Virus record (IMG/VR): IMGVR_UViG_3300037504_000674
Location: 1 to 64,000 of that record
DNA length: 64,000 nt
Strand: one strand, 5' to 3'
Source: a virus
Shown: piece by piece, positions 16,441-25,761 of the stretch
Layout: every line of letters begins with the position of its first letter
How positions within the stretch are numbered: position 1 is the first letter of the stretch
Translations under genes and position numbers: made by a program
The notes under the pieces: model-generated
Told to the model about the DNA's origin: nothing
Databases searched by the model: none
Seen by the model: only the letters and a program-made list of their open reading frames with translations

Positions 16441-18648
16441 CTAGATTGAACACTTTCCGCCGGCGCACTGCTTGCATGTCATACACCCCTCTTGAAGAAC
16501 GATTGTATTAACACCGCCGCAGTACGGGCACTTAGTATTACCGTTCCTATCAACCATGAACCCCTTACTCGTCTCAACAAACTCTCCTGAACCATTATCT
16601 CCGCCGTTGACAATACGCTGTATCACACCTCCTATTTCACCTGCGTAACCTCCCGTCTTATACAATTGATCAAGCACGTCACGCAAACCAACTCCACTGC
16701 GTAACGCGAGGCTAACCATGCGCCCAATGAGCACCGAAACATTAGTCTCGCCGGTTATGAATACCTCTACTGGTGCTCCATCTTTATCGAAATTAACTGT
16801 CACATACGTCTTGCGACCGTCGTCGGTATGCACCCTGGTTTTACCCTCAAGCGTCTCGGCGCGCTCGTGTTTCTTCTTTGTTTCTAGCACCTGATGTCTT
16901 AACGAGCCATCCCGATACACAGTGATACCCTTGCAATCGGACTGCATGGCAAGCAGGTATACATCTATGATGTCGTCTACGGTTGCATCGTTTGGTAAAT
17001 TAACCGTTTTGCTAATGCTGGCATCAATCCATTTCTGAGCAGCCGAAAGCATCTTGACATGATGGATAGGATTAATCTCACCGGCTGTCTTGTATTCCGG
17101 CAAATCTCTTGGCACACTCCCTGTCTCAAGAACATGCTTGAACTCATCTGGCGATAGGTCTAGCACATCAAGCGTCTGGCTAGTCCAATTCAACTCAGTA
17201 ATACCACCAGACCTAGAGGCCATATTGCGCGTGTACGCAAATGCGAAGTTGGGCTCGACCCCGCTTGAGCATTCCGCTATAGTCGATACTGTGCCAGTTG
17301 GCGCGATCGTATTGAGCGCCATATTGCGCAAACCGCCGTTTTGGCGAACAAAATCGAACACATCGACAAGGTCACCGGCGATTGGGTCAACGCCGTGGGC
17401 AAATCTACTATCGTTGTACGCTGCGGCCTGCCCGTACTTACGCGCCAGTCGATTGCTCTGCGAATACGAGTATTTAGTTAGGTCTCTGCACAACCGCTGA
17501 ACCTGCTGGCGACCATCCATCGAATCATATCTGTACCCTCCCTGTATTAGCCAATCATGAATACCCATCAGTCCAAGGCCGATATTTCTATACTTCAAAT
17601 TTGCATCGGCGAGCTCCTGAATTGGGAAGCTATTGATATCCACAACATCGTCAAGGAAGGAGACTGCCGCATACACGATACCCTCGAATTCATACGGTGA
17701 CAATTTAGATATATCTATAGACCCAAGATTGCAGCTTGAGTATGGCAGCAGGAACTGTTCTGCGCACGGGTTGGTTGAGTTCGCCTCCTCACGAGTTGAG
17801 CGGTATAAATTATGGCGAGTGGTAAACACCATTCCTGGGTCACCGCACTTCCAAGCGCTCTCGGCTATCGCTCGCAAGTAATCTCTGGAATTGATCTTAC
17901 CAGTTTTTCCGGTGACCTCGTGGTGAAATTCTATATCATTGTCATTGTTGTACGCCACCAAGAACTCATGCGGGTTTACGTCGATGCTGATATTGAAGAA
18001 ACTAAAAACCGAGCGCCCGTCATTACCATTCTTGGATGCGATAAAATCTAGCGCGTCTGGATGCGTGTAGTCAAGAATTCCCATCAGAGCAGCCCTTCGT
18101 TTGCCGCCCTGCTTGATGATATCGGCTGCCTTGTCGAAGATTCTCATGAACGATATCGGCCCAGAGGCCGCATTTGGTATGCTGGCTACCCGCGAATTAA
18201 GCGGCCTCAGCTGCGAGAAGTCAAACCCGACACCGCCGCCTGCTTTTGTTATCATAGCCATGTCGTACAACGCTTTGAAGATGGAGTCCATCGAGTCATG
18301 CACCGGTACTACGAAGCACGCCGATAAACAACACCCATCGCGCGACTGGTATATCCTTGTGTAATCCTGGTAAGACATCTGCTCAACCGGAATTGAGAAC
18401 ACTCCGAGGTTAAGATTGATTCCGGCATTGAACAGCGTGGGAGAATTAGGGATGAATTTACGGCTTTCGATTAAGCTGTAGTACAATCGCTCGCTGTTGA
18501 CCATCTCTGATAGCGATTTACCCTTCGGCACGCCAGCCGCAGCGACATACCTAGCCACCCTCCTGGCGATATCCTCCCATTTATCCTCCCCTTTCATAAA
18601 GTATCTATCTCTAAGCACCTGATTGACCAACTGTGGGTTTCTAAACAT
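16441..18648 (-). CDS. nrdJ: Class II (B12-dependent) ribonucleotide reductase with C-terminal TSCPD/zinc ribbon
   Basis: PNSPTLFNAG, SACFV, NPCAE, CNLGS, APTGT, GITVYRDGS; no small subunit in the window. Confidence 0.9.
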   Translation of the reverse strand: MFRNPQLVNQVLRDRYFMKGEDKWEDIARRVARYVAAAGVPKGKSLSEMVNSERLYYSLIESRKFIPNSPTLFNAGINLNLGVFSIPVEQMSYQDYTRIYQSRDGCCLSACFVVPVHDSMDSIFKALYDMAMITKAGGGVGFDFSQLRPLNSRVASIPNAASGPISFMRIFDKAADIIKQGGKRRAALMGILDYTHPDALDFIASKNGNDGRSVFSFFNISIDVNPHEFLVAYNNDNDIEFHHEVTGKTGKINSRDYLRAIAESAWKCGDPGMVFTTRHNLYRSTREEANSTNPCAEQFLLPYSSCNLGSIDISKLSPYEFEGIVYAAVSFLDDVVDINSFPIQELADANLKYRNIGLGLMGIHDWLIQGGYRYDSMDGRQQVQRLCRDLTKYSYSQSNRLARKYGQAAAYNDSRFAHGVDPIAGDLVDVFDFVRQNGGLRNMALNTIAPTGTVSTIAECSSGVEPNFAFAYTRNMASRSGGITELNWTSQTLDVLDLSPDEFKHVLETGSVPRDLPEYKTAGEINPIHHVKMLSAAQKWIDASISKTVNLPNDATVDDIIDVYLLAMQSDCKGITVYRDGSLRHQVLETKKKHERAETLEGKTRVHTDDGRKTYVTVNFDKDGAPVEVFITGETNVSVLIGRMVSLALRSGVGLRDVLDQLYKTGGYAGEIGGVIQRIVNGGDNGSGEFVETSKGFMVDRNGNTKCPYCGGVNTIVLQEGCMTCKQCAGGKCSI

Positions 18649-19198
18649 TGTCTCTCCATTGATTTTGTGAAGCATCTATTGCGCTAAGTGGCTGATCATG
18701 CGCACCGCTGCCAAAATGCTCTGCTAGCTCCTTGAGGTCCTTGACGACTTGGTATGGCTCGTAGACATCACGCAGCGAGAATGGGTAGCGGGACCACCCG
18801 ACCTGCACGTTGACATCCCCGTGGTTTGTTAGCATCTCCCAGGGGCCTCTACGAACCACCCATGCGCTTTGTAGATCGGCGATATCTCCCTGGCGAGTAG
18901 ATGAGTAGCGCAGCGGTGTGTGGTAATGGATACGTAGCACTCCCTTGTTTGTGACTAAATAATACTCGTCATGCCAATCGGAGTATGCAACATATAGCAC
19001 AAACCCGGATAGGGATATTAACACAAGGCCTAGTGGGGCCACAAAGTACCAGCGCATTGCGCGGGTGATCAATAGCATGGTAATCATAATCACGCACGCA
19101 CCAAACAGCAGGGCGGGGAATTTCAACCACTTAGCACTGGCTAATAGTGACCTTCTAATTATATACAGTGGCTCAGAGGTACTACCACCTTCACGCAT
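18641..19198 (-). CDS. Two-TM membrane protein with bacterial PH domain
   Basis: Two TM helices, then W..EYYLVTNK...GDVNVQ...L.DV..P. Confidence 0.7.
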   Translation of the reverse strand: MREGGSTSEPLYIIRRSLLASAKWLKFPALLFGACVIMITMLLITRAMRWYFVAPLGLVLISLSGFVLYVAYSDWHDEYYLVTNKGVLRIHYHTPLRYSSTRQGDIADLQSAWVVRRGPWEMLTNHGDVNVQVGWSRYPFSLRDVYEPYQVVKDLKELAEHFGSGAHDQPLSAIDASQNQWRDNV

Positions 19199-19406
19199 CT
19201 CTTACTCTTCTGGTTCTAGATACAGTTGGCGGAGATTGTGCAGATGTCACATCCATAGCTTGAAGGGTATGCTTACTCGAACTTTGGCTTCTGTCACAGC
19301 TAGAGTCCACTTTTCTAGCAACGTACCCCAAGTAGAAACTAATCACAATCGACACAGCCCATAATAAGCACATCAAAGCAAACACGAAAGGCGAAATTTC
19401 AATCAT
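19191..19406 (-). CDS. Small single-TM protein
   Basis: Hydrophobic N-terminus; overlaps both neighbours. Confidence 0.6.
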   Translation of the reverse strand: MIEISPFVFALMCLLWAVSIVISFYLGYVARKVDSSCDRSQSSSKHTLQAMDVTSAQSPPTVSRTRRVRDA

Positions 19407-20812
19407 CCGCGCTTCTCCTTGAGTAATTCTAGATCAATTGAGGCGGCCTTATTTTTGGATTCCCGCTCCTCAATGATGCCGTCATCGACCAGCCTGAGCC
19501 ACACACGATTAGAGCGCGGGTACCCCCAACCCATCGCGGTTTGGATGTAACTCTTGGTTGTTTCCTCGATCCCGCGATCAATAATGTGGTTGGCGAAGTC
19601 GATCACATCCTTCGTCATATCTGAGGAACGAACATCGGCTGCCGTTCTTACATCCAATACTACTTTTTGATTATCTTGATATTTTGCTCTTAGCTCACTG
19701 ATTAAGCGCGTGATATTAGAATAATCCTCCTCGTCACCAGCAAAGGCTGCCTGGAAGCGGGTTGAATTGCTGGTAATAAACGCACCCCTTCCAGGCAAGT
19801 ATTCTGCCTGCGTATCGCCGTGCCCTATGGCAATGTAGGCATCTGTTGGGTTTTGCATTGCCCCGCACATCACCAGTCTAAACTGACCCTTGGCGTCCCC
19901 GCCACCAACACGATCAACCTTAGGGCGCTGGGTGGTAACGTACAAGTGGATTTTCTCTGATCTGCCCAAGCGCATTAAGCTATCCATGCGCTTACCTATT
20001 TCTGGGCTACCTGAGGCGATGAGGTCAGCGATCTCGCCAATATAAACTACCAGGCGAGGCAAATCGCGCTTACCTTCCGGTGGCAGTTTAGATCGCCGAT
20101 CGCGCTCTTCTTCTACCCAAGCCAGAATAGCCGAGGCGATGTCTGGATCGGCTGTCGGCTCATGCATCAGATGGGGCAAATCAGACCACGGCATTACATC
20201 TGCTTGTTTCCCACTCATGATAAACACGCCTAGCTCACTAGGCTTGTACGCGGAAGCCAAGCCGTACAACAGCGTGTTCCCCAGCGTAGTTTTTCCAGAG
20301 CCGCTCGAACCAGCTATTAAGATGTGGTGGTGTTTAGAGGATTCGTTTCTCACAACCACCTCTTCGCCGTCAAGCGTTTTGCCAACCACTATATGATTAG
20401 GCCTGGATGGCCCCAGCGACGATATGACCAACTTTCGGAAATAATCCTCCCCCACAATGTCGGACAGGCTAAAGTCGAACACTATAAACCCGCCGCCAAT
20501 AGAAATGCCAAAATCTGCACCCTCTGGCAATCCAAGATTTCCCTTGATGACATACTTGGTTTTGGACCTGATGGTAGATATGTTGCGAAATGCGTTACCT
20601 TGTTGCTGGTAAGCATGATCAACTTTGCCGAACCTCTCTTGCTGCAACAGCCTGATTTCCTGATGGCTGGCGGGCTTCGCGTAAAATCTGCACTGGTCAG
20701 ACAAGATAACAATTCCGTCGCTATTTATGATTACCGGGTACCCATCATCATAGCAGGCCGACTCAATGAAATCAGCCGCTCTATTTAACAGCTTGACCAA
20801 TTTAGCATCCAA
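19403..20812 (-). CDS. FtsK/SpoIIIE/TraB-like DNA translocase with C-terminal gamma wHTH and no TM domain
   Basis: HILIAGSSGSGKT, VVYIGEIADL (Walker B D to G), LGRS, TQRP, SYIQ..MGWGYPRSNR...L...GII; probable TTG start at 20812 with GGAGG RBS. Confidence 0.85.
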   Translation of the reverse strand: MDAKLVKLLNRAADFIESACYDDGYPVIINSDGIVILSDQCRFYAKPASHQEIRLLQQERFGKVDHAYQQQGNAFRNISTIRSKTKYVIKGNLGLPEGADFGISIGGGFIVFDFSLSDIVGEDYFRKLVISSLGPSRPNHIVVGKTLDGEEVVVRNESSKHHHILIAGSSGSGKTTLGNTLLYGLASAYKPSELGVFIMSGKQADVMPWSDLPHLMHEPTADPDIASAILAWVEEERDRRSKLPPEGKRDLPRLVVYIGEIADLIASGSPEIGKRMDSLMRLGRSEKIHLYVTTQRPKVDRVGGGDAKGQFRLVMCGAMQNPTDAYIAIGHGDTQAEYLPGRGAFITSNSTRFQAAFAGDEEDYSNITRLISELRAKYQDNQKVVLDVRTAADVRSSDMTKDVIDFANHIIDRGIEETTKSYIQTAMGWGYPRSNRVWLRLVDDGIIEERESKNKAASIDLELLKEKRG

Positions 20813-21347
20813 AATGATCCTCCAGGAATAATGCGCACACGTTGGTGTCCCACCCGGTAATCGCTGATATAGCAGAGATAGCCGTGTGCTCATGCCCACT
20901 CTCAACCATTTTTTCTAGCACCTGCCTAATACGGCGCGACCCGTATTTTTCGATTAGGCAGTCCATCGTGTATTCATTGGCTTGGGTGTCTGTGCATACC
21001 AACGTCTTGTACACGGTGTACCCCATCACAACCAAAATAAACAGTGTGGCCGACCAGATCAGCGGCTTGAACACTTGGTATCTAGCTACCATATTAACTG
21101 TCTTGTTATCCCTCATGGTATTTTCGTACAAGATGCGCTCGTTGTTTTTGTGGATGATCTCCTGGGATAATCTTGAATTTCTCTCAGATAGCTCTACGAC
21201 CTGCTTAGACAAATATCTGTTGGTATCCATGACGCTAGACTTAGTCGTGTTGTATGCGCTATACCCCAAAAGCGAAACTATTAAGCAAGTCATGAGTCCT
21301 ATGATGCACGCCATAGTTACCAGTACATCTTTCATGAATCCCTCCAC
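20802..21347 (-). CDS. Two-TM protein with intervening coiled coil
   Basis: TM-coiled coil-TM; overlaps the FtsK start. Confidence 0.65.
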   Translation of the reverse strand: MEGFMKDVLVTMACIIGLMTCLIVSLLGYSAYNTTKSSVMDTNRYLSKQVVELSERNSRLSQEIIHKNNERILYENTMRDNKTVNMVARYQVFKPLIWSATLFILVVMGYTVYKTLVCTDTQANEYTMDCLIEKYGSRRIRQVLEKMVESGHEHTAISAISAITGWDTNVCALFLEDHFGC

Positions 21348-21955
21348 TCGCTACGCGGCGTCTCAGGGTCCTCTTCAACCGTCGGAACCGCACCCTTAAA
21401 GTACCTTACCGATCTACGACCATGCAAGAAATCCGTCACCGAGTGCATGGCCTCGCCTACCACCTCGCCAGTCAAAAACAGCCATGTCACCTTCCATTGC
21501 AGCGGCCTGGCTGTGAGCATCACAATATCTAGCGGGCTCACCCTGATCCTGGCGACAGAGTCAAGCGCAAGCATTGCAACATTGAAAGAAAGTATCCCCC
21601 CGATTATTAGAGCGTTGATAATGAAAAACAGATATATCAGTTTCGTAACCGAAGATAGCACGGGCCAATGCGATAGCGGGCTTCTATGTTTCACGATAAT
21701 TTGATACGGCAACCACAGATGCTTTAGCCCTCTCCAATGATTGTAGGGCGCGCTTGGGATATCTAAATCCGGCGACAGTATGGTCCCGCCAGCATACGCG
21801 CCCGCAGCTATGACAACCGACGAAGGTAGCGGCGCAATGTTTCTATGCGCGACGCCCAATAGTTTGTACGTTAGGTTTGCACAGATAAAGCAAGTGGCCG
21901 CTGTAGTAGCGGCCACTAACTTAGACACTTTTTTGTGCGCAGGATATCCTGGCAT
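21332..21955 (-). CDS. DUF2227-type membrane metal-binding protein/hydrolase
   Basis: MPGYPAH, LSPDLD, LW.PY...KHRSPLSH.P, H...D. Confidence 0.8.
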   Translation of the reverse strand: MPGYPAHKKVSKLVAATTAATCFICANLTYKLLGVAHRNIAPLPSSVVIAAGAYAGGTILSPDLDIPSAPYNHWRGLKHLWLPYQIIVKHRSPLSHWPVLSSVTKLIYLFFIINALIIGGILSFNVAMLALDSVARIRVSPLDIVMLTARPLQWKVTWLFLTGEVVGEAMHSVTDFLHGRRSVRYFKGAVPTVEEDPETPRSEWRDS

Positions 21956-21968
21956 TTATCCCCCCAAC

Positions 21969-22451
21969 TCAACTAGAGATCACGATACAGTTATCGAGCC
22001 GAAATGCCCTGGTGAATTCCGGTTGCTTCTGACCGGCTTCGTATACCACAACCTTCACACCGCCTCGCTGAAACTGCTGGTCCCAGCCATGCTCATCTGC
22101 ATAGTCAAGTTTTTCAAACCTCAGCTCGTAGTCATCAGGTAACTCTCCTTTCAGCTTACTTAGTATACCACGATATGAAGGTTTTGCAAGCCAATCGGGA
22201 AAGCCGTCTTCTTCATCTGGTTCTTGTAAATCATCACCAAAACTCTCCCAATTAAACCTGAATTCCTTGCGACCGCCATCGACTGTCTGGCTGCTGATCG
22301 CATCTGGATAATCCTCCGATATTCTGTCGATGGATATCGAGATGTTCGGTTTGGATATATCCCATATTTCAGCTAATTCATCGTAAGTAAACCTGTCACC
22401 AATAGCACGTATTTCAAACAGCCTGTCGTTCCAAGTCTCAGTTAACGCCAT
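21969..22451 (-). CDS. Acidic protein with N-terminal wHTH
   Basis: TYDELAEIWDISKPNISISIDRI. Confidence 0.6.
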   Translation of the reverse strand: MALTETWNDRLFEIRAIGDRFTYDELAEIWDISKPNISISIDRISEDYPDAISSQTVDGGRKEFRFNWESFGDDLQEPDEEDGFPDWLAKPSYRGILSKLKGELPDDYELRFEKLDYADEHGWDQQFQRGGVKVVVYEAGQKQPEFTRAFRLDNCIVISS

Positions 22452-22452
22452 G

Positions 22453-25400
22453 TTAGGTTAACTCCTTCACTGGGGAGCGCGGCTCCCAATTCTGATCGTA
22501 CCACCCGCCACCCAACCATCTAGGGTCAGACACCCCGGCGTCGCCGAGGTGCCATGAGCACATCGCTAGTAAATTAGTCTCGCTTTGCACGTAGTCGTAC
22601 ATATCAACGACAACATTTCCCCATGTATCCCAATCGTAATCGGGCATCCATCCCAAATCATTCATGTGCGACGGAGAGTACACCCCGCCCTCGGTGCTGA
22701 TGGTTTTTGGTATCACAGACAAATGATGGTAAATTTGCTCTTGATACACCTGATATCCCTTGAGGCACATGTCGGTTACGAAAGACTGTTGGTAAGGACT
22801 GTAGTCTAGCGGCCTATTGAACCTGGCGGCATGCACTGCCAACCACCCTTGATCGTTTAGGACCGATCTTGCACGATCTTGTTCGTTTTCGCGCAACCAA
22901 AGCGCAATCTTGCTAACCCACATGATAGCAGAATACTTATCGTTTGTGCCATTACGATCCGTGGGCGCCATGGCATAGAACGCTGGTTTGCCACCCATAG
23001 AAACAATTTTCTCGGCATCTAGTAACCAGTTGGACGCAACCAGCGAGACGATATGATCATTCTGCCAGCTCACTAGGTCCTGATAATCTGACCGCCACTC
23101 GTTTGGTAAATTGGGCTCATTGCCTATCTCGAAGTACTGCACGCCAACATCAATGAGTCGCTGAGCGCGCTCGATATTTTTTAGATTACCAGGAAATTGC
23201 CCGGCTTGATACAGCCTGACAATCGGCGTGATATCGTTATTCAAAAGCTCAGCACACATATCCACATTTGCGTCATCACCAGTGTCGAGTAGCTTATACC
23301 ATTTGACACCGAGCCGCTTGAGGTGACCAGCTATATTGGCGGGAGAGTCTGGAGGCGATGTGACCGGTGGCGCATGCACGCCACGCGAGTTGTCTCCATC
23401 GTCTTCGGGCCACAAGATAAGTGGCGCAGGATCAACAAACTCCCCGTTTACACGAACATCAATATGCAGGTGATCGCCGTATGATTTACCGGTGTTATCT
23501 GGCTTGCCTATCAAATCACCGCGCTTCAACTGGTCGCCCTTTTGAACGTAAGCGCCATTCTCTACCATATGAGCGTAGCGTGTGCGTACATCATCTGCGT
23601 TAATACGCGAGTCAACAACAACAGTGTATCCGAAGTCACCCAGATCGCCAACAGACACAACCTCACCAGGAAGTGCGCATACGAGTTCGTCTCCCCAGGC
23701 AGCCCATGACGATCTCAAGTCAAGGCCCATGTGGATATACGAACCGCGATCTGCGCCAAATGGTGATGTGATATGAGGTGGCATGTGCGTTGTGGGGTAC
23801 TCTAGCCAAGGCACGCTTTGATCTGGGTAGTAATACTGACGCAGAAGCCGGGCAAACTCTTCCGGGCCACCAGCATCTATCGGGATATACTCGATGTCTG
23901 GGTAATGTTCGCCGAAAAACGATTTCAGATCGCCATTCCACGAATCTGGATTAAGCGCCACGACCGTTGTATCGGTCCCCGGCCCCCACCCGGCATCATC
24001 CGCAGATGATGAAATCGTAAATCTCTTTTCATTCCAGATATCAGCCAGTCCACTTACCCAATCGAAATCATGGTCTGGGGGGATCAAGATATACGTTCGA
24101 TCATACACCTCGCGTGGCTCACATGATGTTTTGGGTGGCTTGGCGCACTCGTAGTCTTTAACCGAGCGCATGTAATCATGAAGCTCTTGATCCCAATCTA
24201 TAAAGTTAAAGTTGCGCCATGTACTCGCCACCGATGACAGTGTAAACAAGTGGGCGCCAAGGACGTAGTAATCTTCACATAGCCCTTCGTCATACCAGGA
24301 AATCTCATCGAGCCATTCGTTCGGACTAATTTTTCGAGTGTACCACGGAAGGGCAACGTTGAACTCAGTGATCAGCAATGGAACAACCTCGCCACGCGGG
24401 ATCAAGAAATCCTCGTAGAGCCAGCGGTATCTAAACGCCAGCGTCCCGCGATCCGGGTATGTCGGCCTACCAGGAAGTGGCTCGCCAAACCCATCATCCA
24501 TCGGGTAAGCATATTCATGCAATGCCAGCACATGCCCGCCAGCTTTTGCGTCGGCGAACACACCAGTATGGACAATAGCTTCCCAGTCCTCCCATTCTGG
24601 GACACCCATGCTATACGAGAAAAGAGCTAACTTGAACCCATTAGCATTCGCTATGCTTATACAATGCTTGAAGAATTCAGCGATACTCCTGTGCCCCTCC
24701 GTTCCTGGCGGGTCTTGCTCGTTGATAATCTCCCAGTAATCAACGTAAGGGTGCTGTTCCCAAATCGGCATGAGGTTATTCATAATCAGCTCGGCCTCTG
24801 CGGCCAGGTCGCCGCTGAAGTCTGGGCCCTCCACATTTATGCTGGGGTCAACGCCGTGCATAAGACGGGCGACCGTGATTGTCTCAGGGGATTCGCGCTT
24901 GATATCAGCCAGCCATCCGACATCGTTTAGTGCCTTGACTGTCGGTACAGCGAACCCATCATCCATGGCATCCTCTATGACATCCGACGTGCCGCCATCA
25001 CCAATGGAGTGAATACCTAGTTTGGTTCCGGCGGAAATGTAGGGATAGTCATAATCGCCTGGTGGTGGCGTTGGTGGTTCAGGGTGAGTCTTAACCAATT
25101 CTAGCTTAGCGTTGTCATAATACGCATCATTATGCTTGAACGGCCACAAAACTGTGTGGTACAAAAAAACTGTAGCCGTGCTCCTTACCGCCACAAACTC
25201 AACAGGCGGAACTTCGTGGAACTTGTTGTAGATATGCGCTCCGGTACCCCATATGACGCTGCTTGCGTATGGATTGGTTCCGCCGGTCGGGTCAACGCCT
25301 ACCGAGAAGGTGAAATTCTCTAGCGCGTGATCGTCTACCAAACCAGATAACTTGAAGTACCCAGAGTTTCCTGCTACCTCGCTGTAGCTTGGGTCGTCTG

Positions 25401-25761
25401 AATTGGATGACCATGCATGAGCATGAACGCTAAAGCGGTACCGCTTACCTGGCTCAACCTCAACTTGCTGGTACAGCCCGCCCTCGCCAATCTTGTAAAA
25501 CGTGAACATGACATACCCATAGGGAGGAGAAATATAGCGTCCATCATGCGGCGCTAGGCGCGCCTCTGGCTCGGCGTAGCCTACTTGATTATCCGGGTCG
25601 TGCATTGGTGGCCTCTCATCGTGGTAGTACCATACTTTCCAATCCGCAGGGGCGCTCACTTCGCCACGTTCTGTTTCGTAATACCCGTTTTGATCCGGGG
25701 TATACACATGGCACTTATGACTGCCGCCACCTGGTGCATCGAAGTTAGGGTTCTTCAACAT
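22453..25761 (-). CDS. Multi-domain cell-envelope hydrolase: CBM-like, GH-A-like, linker domain, M23 peptidase, second GH-A-like
   Basis: GGLYQ.V..PG, GVDPTGG, KHNDAYYD; WEIINE/ALHEY/ITEF; HMGLD and HLH; FEIGNEPN/LAVH/STEGG. Confidence 0.75.
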   Translation of the reverse strand: MLKNPNFDAPGGGSHKCHVYTPDQNGYYETERGEVSAPADWKVWYYHDERPPMHDPDNQVGYAEPEARLAPHDGRYISPPYGYVMFTFYKIGEGGLYQQVEVEPGKRYRFSVHAHAWSSNSDDPSYSEVAGNSGYFKLSGLVDDHALENFTFSVGVDPTGGTNPYASSVIWGTGAHIYNKFHEVPPVEFVAVRSTATVFLYHTVLWPFKHNDAYYDNAKLELVKTHPEPPTPPPGDYDYPYISAGTKLGIHSIGDGGTSDVIEDAMDDGFAVPTVKALNDVGWLADIKRESPETITVARLMHGVDPSINVEGPDFSGDLAAEAELIMNNLMPIWEQHPYVDYWEIINEQDPPGTEGHRSIAEFFKHCISIANANGFKLALFSYSMGVPEWEDWEAIVHTGVFADAKAGGHVLALHEYAYPMDDGFGEPLPGRPTYPDRGTLAFRYRWLYEDFLIPRGEVVPLLITEFNVALPWYTRKISPNEWLDEISWYDEGLCEDYYVLGAHLFTLSSVASTWRNFNFIDWDQELHDYMRSVKDYECAKPPKTSCEPREVYDRTYILIPPDHDFDWVSGLADIWNEKRFTISSSADDAGWGPGTDTTVVALNPDSWNGDLKSFFGEHYPDIEYIPIDAGGPEEFARLLRQYYYPDQSVPWLEYPTTHMPPHITSPFGADRGSYIHMGLDLRSSWAAWGDELVCALPGEVVSVGDLGDFGYTVVVDSRINADDVRTRYAHMVENGAYVQKGDQLKRGDLIGKPDNTGKSYGDHLHIDVRVNGEFVDPAPLILWPEDDGDNSRGVHAPPVTSPPDSPANIAGHLKRLGVKWYKLLDTGDDANVDMCAELLNNDITPIVRLYQAGQFPGNLKNIERAQRLIDVGVQYFEIGNEPNLPNEWRSDYQDLVSWQNDHIVSLVASNWLLDAEKIVSMGGKPAFYAMAPTDRNGTNDKYSAIMWVSKIALWLRENEQDRARSVLNDQGWLAVHAARFNRPLDYSPYQQSFVTDMCLKGYQVYQEQIYHHLSVIPKTISTEGGVYSPSHMNDLGWMPDYDWDTWGNVVVDMYDYVQSETNLLAMCSWHLGDAGVSDPRWLGGGWYDQNWEPRSPVKELT

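Noticed and set aside
19403-20812. FtsK as packaging ATPase or type VII secretion EccC
   Set aside because: TerL and portal are present; it has a single ATPase domain with a DNA-binding gamma domain, and I saw no WXG100 genes.
20813-20905. N-terminal extension of FtsK given in the ORF track
   Set aside because: It overlaps the upstream gene by about 100 bp; the TTG at 20812 has a good RBS.
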